A program made the position numbers and the translations under genes. This document shows positions 25,434-37,723 of a stretch of DNA of 64,000 nucleotides, one piece after another. The DNA is from Vicugna vicugna (taxonomy: Eukaryota): positions 126,001 to 190,000 of the forward strand of contig MU058337.1 in the NCBI GenBank assembly GCA_013265495.1. Direction: 5' to 3'. Numbering within the stretch: position 1 is the stretch's first letter; the number at the start of each line of letters is the position of its first letter. A model generated the notes under the pieces. The model had not been told where the DNA came from and made no database searches. It was given only the letters and a program-made list of their open reading frames with translations.

Positions 25434-25826
25434 CAGCAGCCCGGATGGACCTGGAGACCATCACACTCAGTGAAGTCAGTCAGGCAGAGACAAGTATCGT
25501 ATGGTATCCCTTGCATGTGGAGTCCAGAAAGATGGCACAAATGGACATATTTACAAAACAGACAGACTCACAGACATAGAGGACACATTTATGGTTACCA
25601 GGAGGAAAGGGGAAGGATAAATTAGGAGTTTGGGATTAACAGATACACATGGCTATATATGAAATAGAAAAACAACAGGGACCTACTGTAGACCACAGGG
25701 AATTATATTGTAATAGCTTATAATGGAAAAGAATCTATATATACACATATAAAAGTGGATCACTTTGCTGTACCCCCGAAATTAACACAACACTGTAAAT
25801 CAACCATACTTCAATTAGGGAAAAAG
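25434..25826 (+). mobile_element. 5'-truncated cetartiodactyl-type L1 3' end with a GC-shifted 5' part
   Basis: Homologous to the in-window copies at 17459, 46031 and 55893; ends 'caaccatacttcaatta'. Confidence 0.9.
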
Positions 25827-28054
25827 GCTACGGCATAAGCAACGCAGCAGTGCTTTGCTGTCGAGTGTCAGTGCAGTTTCACCACAGTCCATCATCTCTT
25901 TGAATCTGAAATGGTCACCAACCTTCAAGAGAAAGTCTTCAAAATCAGACCATCATGATGAAAAGTACTGAGGAATATGAAAGAATTTACATAAAAAATA
26001 TTTCCAAGTTAGGAAAAAGGTGAGGTCTTCATCTTATCCTAGAGTGGCCTGAATGGTACACAGAAAATATATTATTGAAGGTGTCTGAATAATTTACAGT
26101 CCCTCAAATGGAAGCAATGAATATGCATTAGTTCAATAAACGCACTGGCAATGCTGGAGGAATCTAAACAGCTTCACTTGAATCTAAAAGTGCTGACATC
26201 CTACGCCTACTTCATAAGGTTGCCTGGGGTTACCCCGTCAGGGTGAGCAGGAAAAGAGTAAATCCCAGCGGGAACATGGTAACAAGAAATCCAGGTACTA
26301 CACACACAAATAAGCAAGAAGAAAGATGGGGGTTCACAGGCAGAAAAAAGGCCTCAACTACTGGAAAATATTGTGGAACGAGAAGTAGCTAGTCTGAGAG
26401 TTGGAACCCTTTGCTCAGTTTAGCATGCATATTGCATGTGCGTGTCGTCTGTGTCTGACGCGGGGTTCAGACAGTCCCGAAGCATTTCAGCCAAAGTCTC
26501 TACTATGCTCTTCATGTTACTAGCTGTGATTCTGCTTCAGGCAATGTGCATTGGGTGGCAGACACTTCATCATTTTTGCCACATGATTTTAGTGAATCAT
26601 AAATTGAAAAGAACTTAACAGATTCTTATATCTCTAAAGCAGGTAGTCAAAAACAACACCCTAAAATGACTACGTTTATTGTATCAATCATATGCATCCA
26701 CATGGAATTATATATTCACCCCATATAAAGTTACTTTGATTCAAAGCACTCACATCTCCAGCCATACAAAAAAAAAAGAGAATTTTTAAAAGCACTTGCA
26801 AAAGCAACAGTGTGTTAAAGCCTTGGAGAACAACCCACAGACATCTATTCTCTTCAATGTGCTAGCGTCCATGCAGCCTACGTGTAAAACACGGCTAGGT
26901 GTTATTTTCTGGATTGCTAACTTGCGCAAAACAAACGGCGACTCTGAGTTCCCACCTCCGGATGTCCTCTGTCCCCTCTGTGAAACATCTTCATCCATGT
27001 TGGTGGCACCCGGGCCACTGGTCTGGTCCCCAGTCAGCCTGGAGAATTCTACTCCCACCTGCGGAGACGGGAGCTCACCAAGAGTGCATGACCTTGTCTC
27101 AAATGGGGACATGCCATCTGTACTTCTTATTGTTACATAACTTAACTAAGTAAACAGGTACACTGAGTGCAGACCGATGGAATCACTATGATGAAAACTA
27201 AGCTTAATACTTTGCAAACCCAAAGCTGTCCCAGTGAGCACCGGCCGGTGAGCTGGGGACACGAATGCTTGAGGAGAAATTCATAAACCCTAGGAAGACT
27301 GTGCATTCAGATCATGGCACCCGTGTCTTTCAGTTCCAGCTTGACCTGAAGAATCATAAACCTAGAATTCACCAGGTTTGTCACCTGAGTGACTCAGCGA
27401 AGAAAGACCCCTGGACCGCCAACCAGTGGACCTGTCTCGGGAAGGCCCGACATCACAATGTTTGGATTCCCATTTACATTTAAGTTTTTCAGTATATGCA
27501 AACCAGAGCGTTAGTTAGAACACCTTTATTCATTTATTTCAAAGTTTCCTGATGTGAGTGAATGGTTCTGACTAGAGGAATGGGATACAGTCGTCCTGCG
27601 GATCCGGGGGTGGCTGTACCACATTCCCTTCTTCGGGAGATGATACCCAAACTTGCCCTCAGCGCTTAGTCAGCAGCACGAACCCTCCACGTCTGCGGCG
27701 CATGATGACCGGCTTCTCTTCCTGGTTTCGAGTGACCGCCTTCTGGGATTAGCCTTGGAGATAATAGATGTCTAACGGCTTCTCATTTTAATTCTCCAGC
27801 TTGTCCCAAAGGCAAGGGTGACTGGTGGAAAGACCCCAAGTGGCCTGGACCAAAGCTACACGCTACACCCACACCAGTGTGGGGAGACAGTCTTAACTGC
27901 AAATAATGAGCCCATGACGTGTGGACCATCACTGTGTCCCCCAGTCCCAAGATGCCCAGCAGCCCCTGGGAATCCCCCGGGACCTCTCCCCCTCTACGTC
28001 TCTAGGGGGTGGTGTTCTGTCCACCTGTGCGTGTCCCTGGCCCCCAGCGCCCAC

Positions 28055-28350
28055 TACTAACTGTCCTGGACATCGTGACTCTGTTCTCCTGGCTTCCCCA
28101 AAAGTCCCTGGGGGACGGCAGCCCTCTCCTGATGGTTCCTAATATCCCGGAAAGTCAGCCCTCCACCTCCGAGGCATCACAGCTGTCCCCACACGGCAGC
28201 ACAGGCTCCCGAGACCCGTTCCTGCGGAACCTCAGCAACTCTTGACTCCAGCCTTCATCTCTGATGACCTTCTTGGACATGATTCTCTTCACTCGTGAGC
28301 ACATCTCCTCAGATATGACCCGGCCATTGACCTCCAGCCCCAGTGAAAGA
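28055..28350 (+). mobile_element. LINE-2 internal fragment
   Basis: 'gtgactctgttctcctggcttcccc...catgattctcttcactc...gatatgacccggccattgacctccagccccag'. Confidence 0.45.
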
Positions 28351-28442
28351 CCTTAACCTTTCCCTTCTGCCCCAGCCCCACAGAGCATAACAGGGTGCCC
28401 CTCCAGCCTCGTGACGTAGATGCTGGGACAAGGGAGGGCGAG

Positions 28443-28700
28443 TGTGTCGGTCAGCACCCACTGGGAGTCAGAGCCACACCAGCTGGTGTCTCAAGGGAAT
28501 TAGGTACAAAGAATTGGTAATTAGACATCCAAGGACTGAAAGATAAAAAGGACGTACTAAGGTATCAAACAGATGTAACAACAGTAAGGTTCAGCGATGA
28601 CCCCTAGAGTTTGGACGGAAGCCTGGTCAAGAGCGCTAGAGCGAAAACCAAGGTCACGAGAGAGAACACACCGCCTGCATTGCCAGCCTGTTGGAAGGAG
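28443..28700. mobile_element. Old MaLR/ERVL LTR fragment (MLT1M/N-like)
   Basis: 'tgtgtcggtcagcaccc...agagccacacc...agggaattaggtacaaagaattggt'. Confidence 0.45.
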
Positions 28701-30094
28701 TGTGAAAAACCTGGAATTATGTATGATAATCTGCTACTGGGAAGAAATGCCAAGGCCAAAACTCCTGTGTCAAAACCAGCCATGCAGTTTTTACAAGAAT
28801 ATTAATATTTGCACTCTAGGACATCGCCTACCTAAAATGCTTGTGGAAAAGTATTAATGCATTAATTTCCAGTAGATCCTGGTATGTTATTTAGCCTCTA
28901 AACAGAAGTATCTCTATCATAGCAGAAATGTGGTTTCTTTGGGGCCTAGAAATATAAATTAAATGAAGGGCAATTGGAAAGTGATTTAAATTGGCTCATA
29001 ATCTTAATCAATAGGCAGAGGATTTTATCACTGTTTCTTACCACATAGATTAATCAGATGATGTGCATACATGCGAAATTCCACACGTGCAAACAGAAGT
29101 GAACATGTCCACCTCTCTACTCTGTTTTCTAAAAAATGTCAATTTTGCTCTTATCCCCTAGAAACAAAACCTTGATTCTTCCTTATGTCTCCAATCATAA
29201 TTCACAGAGCCAAAGCCCTCAGTCTCTATCATCTACACCACAAGCCTCTCGAACAGCTTCTGTGCTCTAAGACATTCTCTGTAATAGTTTCAGAATGTGC
29301 CTTGTGGACAATATAACACACCTTTTCCAAGCGGTTGTTTCTCATCTTAAGGCCTTCAAATGGGCATCCAGCCCCGGCAGCCTGGATATTTTACTTTGTG
29401 TGATAATTCTCATTTGGGTTCAGACTGTTAAATGGATTGAAATTAGAAAGTTATATAAATAAGTTTCTCATTATCTAGTTTCCACTTGTCACATGGCAGT
29501 TATACATAGTGTCTTTAGTATTTTAATTCCTGAATTAAACCTGTCTCTAGTCACAGACATAGTACTGGTTGTGAGGAAAGACTTAAACTGGGGAAGAAGA
29601 CATTCTTGCAGAAAAAGAATCTTTCATTCTCTCTTACACACACACAATAATACTATTCAGTAGAGCCTCAACTTCAGGAAAGGAGAAGATTTAGCTTTAA
29701 GTCAACTTAGAAATATTGACTTTCAGGCACTGGATGTATTAAGTTACTGAATTGAAACTTTATTGAGAAGGAACGTGATCTGGGTCTTTCTGTCACAAAG
29801 GAGTTAGCAGAAAAGTCATCTCGCCTGTCAGAATTTTCATCCAACAACAAAGGGAACACTGTCTTCACTAAGCACGTTTAACCTTAGTTTAGTGGGAGAC
29901 AAAATGTATCTATTTATTTTAAAGTTTATGTCGTGGTTTCCCTTCAAGGAGGCTGCAGCTCAGTGGAATACTGGTAACTACAAGAACACTGGGTTCTTGC
30001 AACTCACCTAAGACTTTCTCCAGCTCACTGAGAGCGAAAACAACAACAGTGTCTCAGAAATGTCAGTGCAAAAAATTCTCAATCATGATGAGCA

Positions 30095-30760
30095 GATGAA
30101 ATCTGGAAACATATAAAAAGGATTACACACCACGATTATGCAGGATTTATCCCAGGAAGGCAAAGTTGGTTTAACATGTGAAAAGAAATCACTGCAACAT
30201 ACCATATTAATAATATAAAGGACGAAAAAATACATAGTCATTGCAACAGACACAAAATCCAACAACATTTCTTGTTAAAAACACTCAACAGACTAGGAAG
30301 AGGGGGGAACTTCCTCAAGCTGATAAAGAACATCCACCAAAGCCCCAGAGCTGGTGTTCTACTTCATGGTCAAATCCTGGAAGTTTTCCCTCGAAGATCA
30401 AAACAAGACAAGAGTGTCTGCTCTCATTTGTTCTGTTCAACATTGTGATGGAGGCTCCAGCCAGGACAAGCAGACAATCAAAAGAAATACGAGGTATCCA
30501 GGTTGGAAAGGAAAATAACACTGCCTCTGCCAACAAAAGACATCATCTTGTATGTAGAAAATCCTAAGGAATCCATACAGAAAAGTCTTTCAGAACTAAA
30601 ACCTGAGTTCAGCAGGTTTGCAGGGTCCAAGATCAACATACGAGAATCAATTACATTTTTGTGCACTAATAAACAAGTCAAATTAAGTTAGGGAAAAAAC
30701 TATTTACAATAGCAACAGAAATAAGGAAAACACTTAGAAATAAACATATAGGGACTTGTA
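30095..30760 (+). mobile_element. Decayed L1 ORF2 reverse-transcriptase fragment
   Basis: ORF-track peptides [22 protein letters not shown] and [35 protein letters not shown] match the L1 RT motifs [22 protein letters not shown] and DMIVYLENP..EFSKVAGYKINIQKS; frameshifted. Confidence 0.93.
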
Positions 30761-31844
30761 AGGAGCCGACTTTGTTTTCAAACACAGCAAAGCTAGCACT
30801 TGGTTTTCTTTTGACAGGCACCCACCCCTGCCCCTGCAGGCGTGAGGCTGAAGCCACCCGCGCTGCTCCTCCTCTTTCCCTCCACGTCCTGCACATTTGA
30901 AACCTTTTAAAATATGCCTCGCTCTCGGCATACAACTAATGAAAGCCTTAAGTGAGGATTCCCTGCAACACTCCCGATTAATCTTTTATTATTTTAGAAA
31001 TTTCTCAAATCAGTTTCAGTATCATGACTTAAACGTCTGCACTCCTTCCCAGCTTTGGCACTGGTTTATTTTTCCTGCTCTCCACAGTTCGCCAACCTTG
31101 ACAGTTTTGTCTTTTTTCCCTCCCGGGGCTAATCCTCAATTCTGAGCCATCCTCTGACCCCCCTGCTTTCATCTTCCCTGGATCCTCTTATCCTTAACCA
31201 GTGAGCCAAGTCCTAGACTCTGACAGCGCACAGAGATTCAGTCATCAGGGAAGTGTTTGCCTAGAGCCTGGAGACAAAAAATAATGGGGAACACAGCACT
31301 AACTACTTGCCTTTTTCTATCTCTTTTTCCCTTTTGCCTTAGTAACATTAAAACCCGAGGTAATCAGGTCTGGACTCACTCACATGTACTTACACCAAAA
31401 CCCCAAATCACAATAGCCTGTTGGTGCTGCCTGAGACCCCCTCAGAAGGTTTCCGATAAATGCTTTGTCCTCAGAGCTAACTTTAAGCAAGTGTCTAACA
31501 GACCCAAGAGATGTTTTAATTCAAATAATGGCTCTCTCTCAAAGGAGAGCCCTAATCTCAGCATAAAATCACGGAAAAGCTCAGCTGCAAAACAGACTAA
31601 CAGGAGAGCAGCGAAGAGGCGAAGCTCTTAGCAATAACTGTGCTATTTATAATCAGAAGCAAAGTTGGTCATTCTCATTGTATTTTTTTAATTTTCATAA
31701 AGTCTTCAATTAAGTATGCTTTCCCTGCATTACTGACACAGGCATAGACATGGACTTGGCAGGACCTACGAAGTGCTTCAGACTCTTGCTCCACAAGGAG
31801 CAAACAGGTAAGAAAATCCAGCCCTAACTGCTGACTTCCCAGGC

Positions 31845-32010
31845 GCATGTGGCCTCACCGAGAATTACAGCAGCCGTTCAAGCAGAAGTCACACCAGTTC
31901 TTCACAGAAACTTCCCAAGACGTGGAAAAAGAGAAAATGCCTCCCAACTCATCGCATGACACCAGTATCACCCAGACCAGCTAGACAGCGCAAGAAAAAA
32001 ACACTGACAG
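31845..32010 (+). mobile_element. L1 ORF2 fragment (region upstream of the RT core)
   Basis: 'acaccagttcttcacagaaacttccc...cctcccaactcatcgcatgacaccagtatcaccc' resembles the PILLKLF..LPNSFYEASITL region. Confidence 0.7.
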
Positions 32011-32049
32011 AGGTATTTTAATATCCCGCTAGCATTGTGCAAGGAAGGC

Positions 32050-33015
32050 TGCTAGCATTTCCCTCGCCTCATGAGCACCCCTACTGTGTGGATTGTGACT
32101 GCAGCCTTCTTACGGGGCGTGAAGCGGTGTCCGGCTGCGGTTGTAACTCGCATCTCCCTAATGACCAATCGTGAACAGTGTCTCGTGATGTGCTTCTTGG
32201 CCAGTTGTGCGTCTTCTCTGGAGAGCTGTCGATTCATAGCCTTTGACCATTATTTACTCGAGTGGCCTTTTTCATGTTGAGTTGTAAAGATTCTTAATAC
32301 GGCATTCTGAGTAACAGTCACTTAGGACATATGGTTTGCAAATGTTCTCTCCCATTATGTAGGTTGTCTTTTCACAACTGTATGACAAAAAGTTTAAATT
32401 TTACTACAGTCCAAATTATCTTCTTTTTTTGCCACTTGTGCTTTTGGTGTCAGACCTGAAAAAAAAAACAAACAAAAAACAAAAAAAAAAACACTATCCA
32501 ATTGTGGCTATCCAAGCCACAAAGATTTATGCCTACATTTTCTTCTGATACTTTTATAGTTTTAACTCTTACATTTAGGTCTATGAGTTGACAATCCGTT
32601 TTGAGATAATTTTTGTGTATGATGTAAGGAAGGGGCCCAACTTTATTCCTTTGTACATGAATACTAAGTTTTCCAGCATCATTTGTTAAAGAACTATTCT
32701 TCCTTATTTGCACCTCTGTCAAAATTTAATTGACGAAAAATCTAAGGGTTTGTTTATGGACTGTCGATGATATTCCATCAATCTCTCCTTATGCCAGTCA
32801 CACTGTCTTGATTACTGTCGCTGTTTGGTAAGTTTTGAAATCGCTAAATGTGAGCCCTGTAATGTCATTCTTTCTCTTAAGATTGGTTTGGGTAGTCTGG
32901 GTTTCTCGCCTTTTCATATGAATTTTATGATCAGCTTGACAATTTCTTCACAAAAGTCAGCTAGAATTTTGATAGAGTTTGTATAATCCTGGTAGATTAT
33001 TCTGGGGAACATTTT
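32050..33015 (-). mobile_element. Old L1M ORF2 3' fragment
   Basis: Homologous to 600-1550 of this window ('tttaactcttacatttaggtctatga', 'cactgtcttgattactg'). Confidence 0.9.
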
Positions 33016-33889
33016 AGCTTTCATGTTACATGTACTCCATAGTATAATTTCAAAAACACTGTTTCCTTCACAAAGTTCTATTCTTTTATTCCCTAAAGCT
33101 CATGGATGCCATGAGTGTCGTCTTAAATGGGTTTCAGGTCATCACAAAATATCTGTACATCTTTTCCTATGCCCAGGTCTTGTCTTCACGTTTTCAACTG
33201 TCTGCGGTCCACTCTGACTTGCAGGTTTTGCTGTACCTCAATTGCAGGTGACCAATTGATCTTGTCCTTCTGGCTCCTTGATCAACTCCCACGGTCAAGC
33301 AGGGAACCTTCTTTTCACCCAGGTCCCAGCTCCAAGCCGGCACCTACATGTTCCTCTCTCTTCACACCCACACATCAAGTTTCATCCTTTGCTTTGGGTC
33401 CTCTCCTAACTGCCCCTCCCTTTCTATTGCTCCTCCCATCCCCCTGATTCTTTACCTCATTATCTTAAGGCTAGGCGATTTCATATCCTCCCTCCCTTTT
33501 CTCCTGCCTATGGTTTCTCCTCACTCTTACTCATGTTAAAAATGAATTTCTAAAATCTCTTTCTGTATGGAATCATTTGGCTCAACAATAATATTTCCTC
33601 ATCGCCTATGAGGTTAGGATCAGTCTTTTGGCAACGCAAGCCTCTGTGTGCCGGTCACATTCTCAGCTCTTCCCACGCTATTTTCTGGCATTTCTCACTA
33701 ACCAGTCTCCTACTCTGGTCAGACTGCTCTAACTGCCACCCTGAGGTGGTCTCCAGCCCCCATCTCCGTAGGTGGCGCCTCGCTTCCACTCTGAGCCGTC
33801 TCCCTTCTTGCCCTCACCTCTCTGTTTTAGCTCAAGTCAGGTGTCCTTTCAGTTAAATACTTCTTCATGGTGCAGCCAGGAAAGCCTAA

Positions 33890-34100
33890 GATTGAGCAAA
33901 AGGCTTGAATTGCAAACCTACCCCTTGTGTTAAGGTTCAGGCAAGCAACAAAGCCGGTCTCCATTTTAGTATTCTCATCTCTAAAATGAGAATAATATCA
34001 TCTACGTCAGGAGTCTTATATGAATTAAGTAACACAATGGAAGTGAAGAAATCCACGTGGTGCCAAAAACACACCTGGTACTCGGGAAGTGGCAGGTTTT
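33890..34100 (+). mobile_element. MIR SINE
   Basis: 'tagtattctcatctctaaaatgagaataatatcatctacgtcagg...tgaattaagt'. Confidence 0.75.
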
Positions 34101-34321
34101 TGCTGTAATTGTTCCGTTGTTCCCAGTCAGAATCAGAATTAGTTTCTCTTTAAAAGGTATTCTGCATTGAATACATTATAGTTCATGTCTATAAGGTTAT
34201 GATATTGGATCTTTTGACAGAAAGAAGCCCTTGGCCTACATCCCCACACCAGTGCCTCCTAAACTATCTGTATGAGTGACTTTTTGAAAAGGAATTGTGG
34301 GTAAATATGTGGTCATGCAGT

Positions 34322-34795
34322 TGAAATTGGATTCCTGAGACATCTGCACCCCCAGCCACGGCAGCATCATTCACAGCAGCCAGCACAGGGAACCATCTTA
34401 AACGTCCACTGGCAGATGAAAAGATAAGGAAGATACAGTGGGATGTTATTCAGCCTCAAAAAAGGAAGCAGTCCTACCACTCACAGTAACATGGATGTTG
34501 GACCCAGCAAACACTGCAGCAAGCGGAATAAGCCAGACAGGGAGACAAATACTGCATGATCTCACTTACATGTACCACCTGAAACAGTCAAACCCAGAGA
34601 AGCAGAGAGTAGACGGGAGTGCCAGGCGTGGGGGAGGGGCGGCTGGGAAGGTAAAGGTCAAGGGCCCAAAGCTTGAGCTCTGCAAGGTGAGTGGCCCCTG
34701 GGCATCTCCTCTACTGGCAGGTGTTTACGGCTGACAATACCCTGTTGTATACTTAAAATTTGCCCAGAGGGTAGATCTTATGCTAAGTACTCTTA

Positions 34796-34847
<52 letters not shown>

Positions 34848-35041
34848 ATAATAACAATAATATTAACAATAACAAAGGAGGCAGGCGGAAACTTTGGAAG
34901 GAGTTGGATACGCCTATAGCCTTGACTTTGGTGATAATTTCATGGGTACATATTCATCTCCAAGTGCATCAAGTTGTATACACTGAACATCGACAACTTT
35001 TTACATGTCGATCATACCTCAATACAATGGTCTAGAAAAAG
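34322..35041 (+). mobile_element. L1MA/L1MB-type 3' end
   Basis: 'ggaataagccagacagggagacaaatactgcatgatctcacttac...gtagatcttatgctaagtactcttaccac...catacctcaatacaatgg'. Confidence 0.88.
34801..34845. repeat. Perfect (CA)22 microsatellite within L1
   Basis: Direct reading. Confidence 0.97.
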
Positions 35042-37244
35042 TGTGGTCCTACTAAAGTGCGCAGCTCACACCACCTGCAACACATCACAAGGCCCAGCAG
35101 TACCCCGTGTGGTCCACGCTGATGCGATGAGACCCCAGCCAGGCAACTGGGCTCCGTCTAAATACTTCTGAGCACATTCTGTCAATGCCGGTACTTACGA
35201 CAGACCCACAAAAACAACAAAACCCCCAGACCAGCACTGGTCCCTGTAAGTGTACCAAAATAGTATCACAGTTGTCTCTAATGTCATATTTAAATGCGAG
35301 TACCCCAAGCAGTATACACAGCAAGTTTCCTAGAAATGGAGCTCATCACCAATACATTGTCACACCCTTAAAATCTGCAGCGAATGACATGCCAGTGGGT
35401 GCTGTGGCCGTGATTTCTAAATAGACATTCCTTTTTTCTACTTCCCCTGCCTGCTCCCGTGTTCTCCGACACTTGGGGCCTCTTCCGTGAAAAGCTTACT
35501 TGGACAAGTAGAGCTGGAGGGTCTAGTTGATTACAGAGTCCAGACTCAGACATGCTGTAAAGGCACTGACAGAGGGAGGTGGTATTTAGAAATACTTTTC
35601 TTGCCTCCTGAGATTCTGTTTGGAATAGATGTTCTACCTGCATACCAGAAAATATACCATTATTCCAAAAGTGACTCAGTACCAGGGGATTTATTTGATT
35701 TACTTGCTTGAGTGGCATGTCTTATTTAGTATTCTGAATATGCATTTTTCCCTAAGTCGGGATGTTCACAGCTCTAAATGGGCTTATACACAGGAACTAG
35801 ATGACAGCATCTATATAGACATGCATTCGGCTGCAACAGTTCAAAGTACAGTTTGATCCAAAGCAACACATTAATCATATGATTGACATATGCTACTGAA
35901 AAACTACAGACTGCTATTTTCAAATAAGTATCCCTGTTGATCATGCAATAAAGGGGAACACCCTTAATATATTTTATAATGCCTAACCTCAGTTTTAATT
36001 AAAACCATTTGTATCTTTATAAGAAAAACCAGCGATCCACAGAGAACTATCAGAAAGTCGTAACAATGTTCAGGCAGCATTGTTTCAGTCTCAAGAGTTC
36101 CATTTTATCACCCAAGGAGAAATGCATCAACAGCAAGGGGCTTTGCAAGGATCTGGCAAACGTTGCCCTGGGAAGACCATGCCAAGAGAATAAAAGAGGG
36201 CAAATATTGGTTTCTGTTATGTAAACCAGTCATGCTCCTCCGTTCTCCAAGTTGAACTAACGGGAAAGTGGACAGCTCTGAGCATGGACGGGGCTCCCAG
36301 GGGTTAGACGTGCTCTAATTTCAACCCGATCATACCTGATAAATATTATCTGGTTAATCTGAACCACATTCAGTCACAGACAGAGGCATTTCAGTAATTA
36401 CCACGTCAGATCACAGACAGATCTTTCTCTGTTCTGTATTCAGCCACCTTATGGGGAGACAAAGCCAAGTGTATGTATCATAAGTAAGAAAAGGAAGGAA
36501 GCAAATCACATCCATTTTATCAGATGACTTGAAACAAACCATTTATCATAAGGATGGCATCCCCCAATTTTAAGACACACTTCACACCTGGAATAACACC
36601 GTATAATAACTGCATGCTAAAACTGAGTGCTAAACACACTTAAATAATGTGTTCTGAGTAAGTCATTTTTATAAAGCCTTACCATAGGCTCCCGAAGTAT
36701 TAAAATTGTAAACCTTTTCTTTTTGACTGATTGAGACCACTCACACTTTACACTATTCGATGTAAAATGGAATTTACATTTTTTAAAATGTTATCTAAAA
36801 ATAAAAACATATAATAATAACTTTCATTTACATTTTTTAAGAGTCATTTCTCTAAACATGATCATCTAAAATGAGCAAATGAAGGCAGTTTAACATCAAG
36901 GATATGCAACTTAAAATATTCATCTCAAATACAAAATTCTGCTTTAGAGATCCAAATTTAAACGAACGAAAACAAATTCAGTGTTACCTGAAATAACCAC
37001 AAAGCATATATAAAGAGCATGAAATTTCCATAATACACTTAATTTTCAAACACCGTTGTACTAGAATATCCAGAGTAAATATTTAACATCACAGTCATCA
37101 TGTCTGTATAATTAAAAACGCCGTTCCCTACCAGAAATTTGATCCTGACAAATTTGGCTTGAGAGTATTCCTGCGTACAACTGAATCAGCTTCGCACTTC
37201 CTCCCCTCCCCGTCTCCGGGAGGTGGTCCATTCATGGGTTTGAA

Positions 37245-37274
37245 ATTGCCATAGCAACTCTGCAGCCTGGTAAC
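37245..37274. promoter_or_regulatory. RFX X-box-like motif plus adjacent half-site
   Basis: aTTGCCATAGCAAC (13/14 match to GTTGCCATAGCAAC) at 37245-37258; GGTAAC at 37269-37274. Confidence 0.4.
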
Positions 37275-37723
37275 CGCCAGCCAAGCTCTGCTGTTCCAGG
37301 CCCAGTGCACAGGGAACCGCCTCATGCACACAGCGTCACGGCGCCTTCATGGACGATGGGCCGGTAAGATGTCATTGTCACTCTTGGCCTGATGCTTTAG
37401 CAGTGATGTTTTAATACCAACTAATGCTAATTCAGCACGAGAAAAGCAAACGTAAGGTTGATTCTTTGCTAGAGAGCGCGTTTTGGAGCAGGTCTAAAGG
37501 TTTCCAAAAGCCCTAATGAACAGAGCAGGAGCTAACTTGTATCGTCATTGTTACAGGTGTGAGAGGGCCCGGAGCTGACCTGAACAATGTTTAAGTCACT
37601 GATTTTCAGGTTGAATAATAGGGCACAATCTTATAGTTTCAAATAAAACATGGTTCTCTAAAATGATGGCGGCATCGCTCCTTGTCTTCCGCACAGAACC
37701 TTCCTGGTATAGTGATATGTGTT

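Noticed and set aside
27385..27398. AP-1/ARE-like TGACTCAGC within a palindrome (also 20569)
   Set aside because: Single short motifs that are common genome-wide; no supporting cluster
30241..30691. ORFs with reverse-transcriptase similarity as a functional or domesticated RT
   Set aside because: Frameshifted L1 ORF2 relic; the catalytic FADD motif is not intact
37128..37331. 67-aa minus-strand ORF as a coding first exon
   Set aside because: No recognisable homology; better treated as a regulatory candidate
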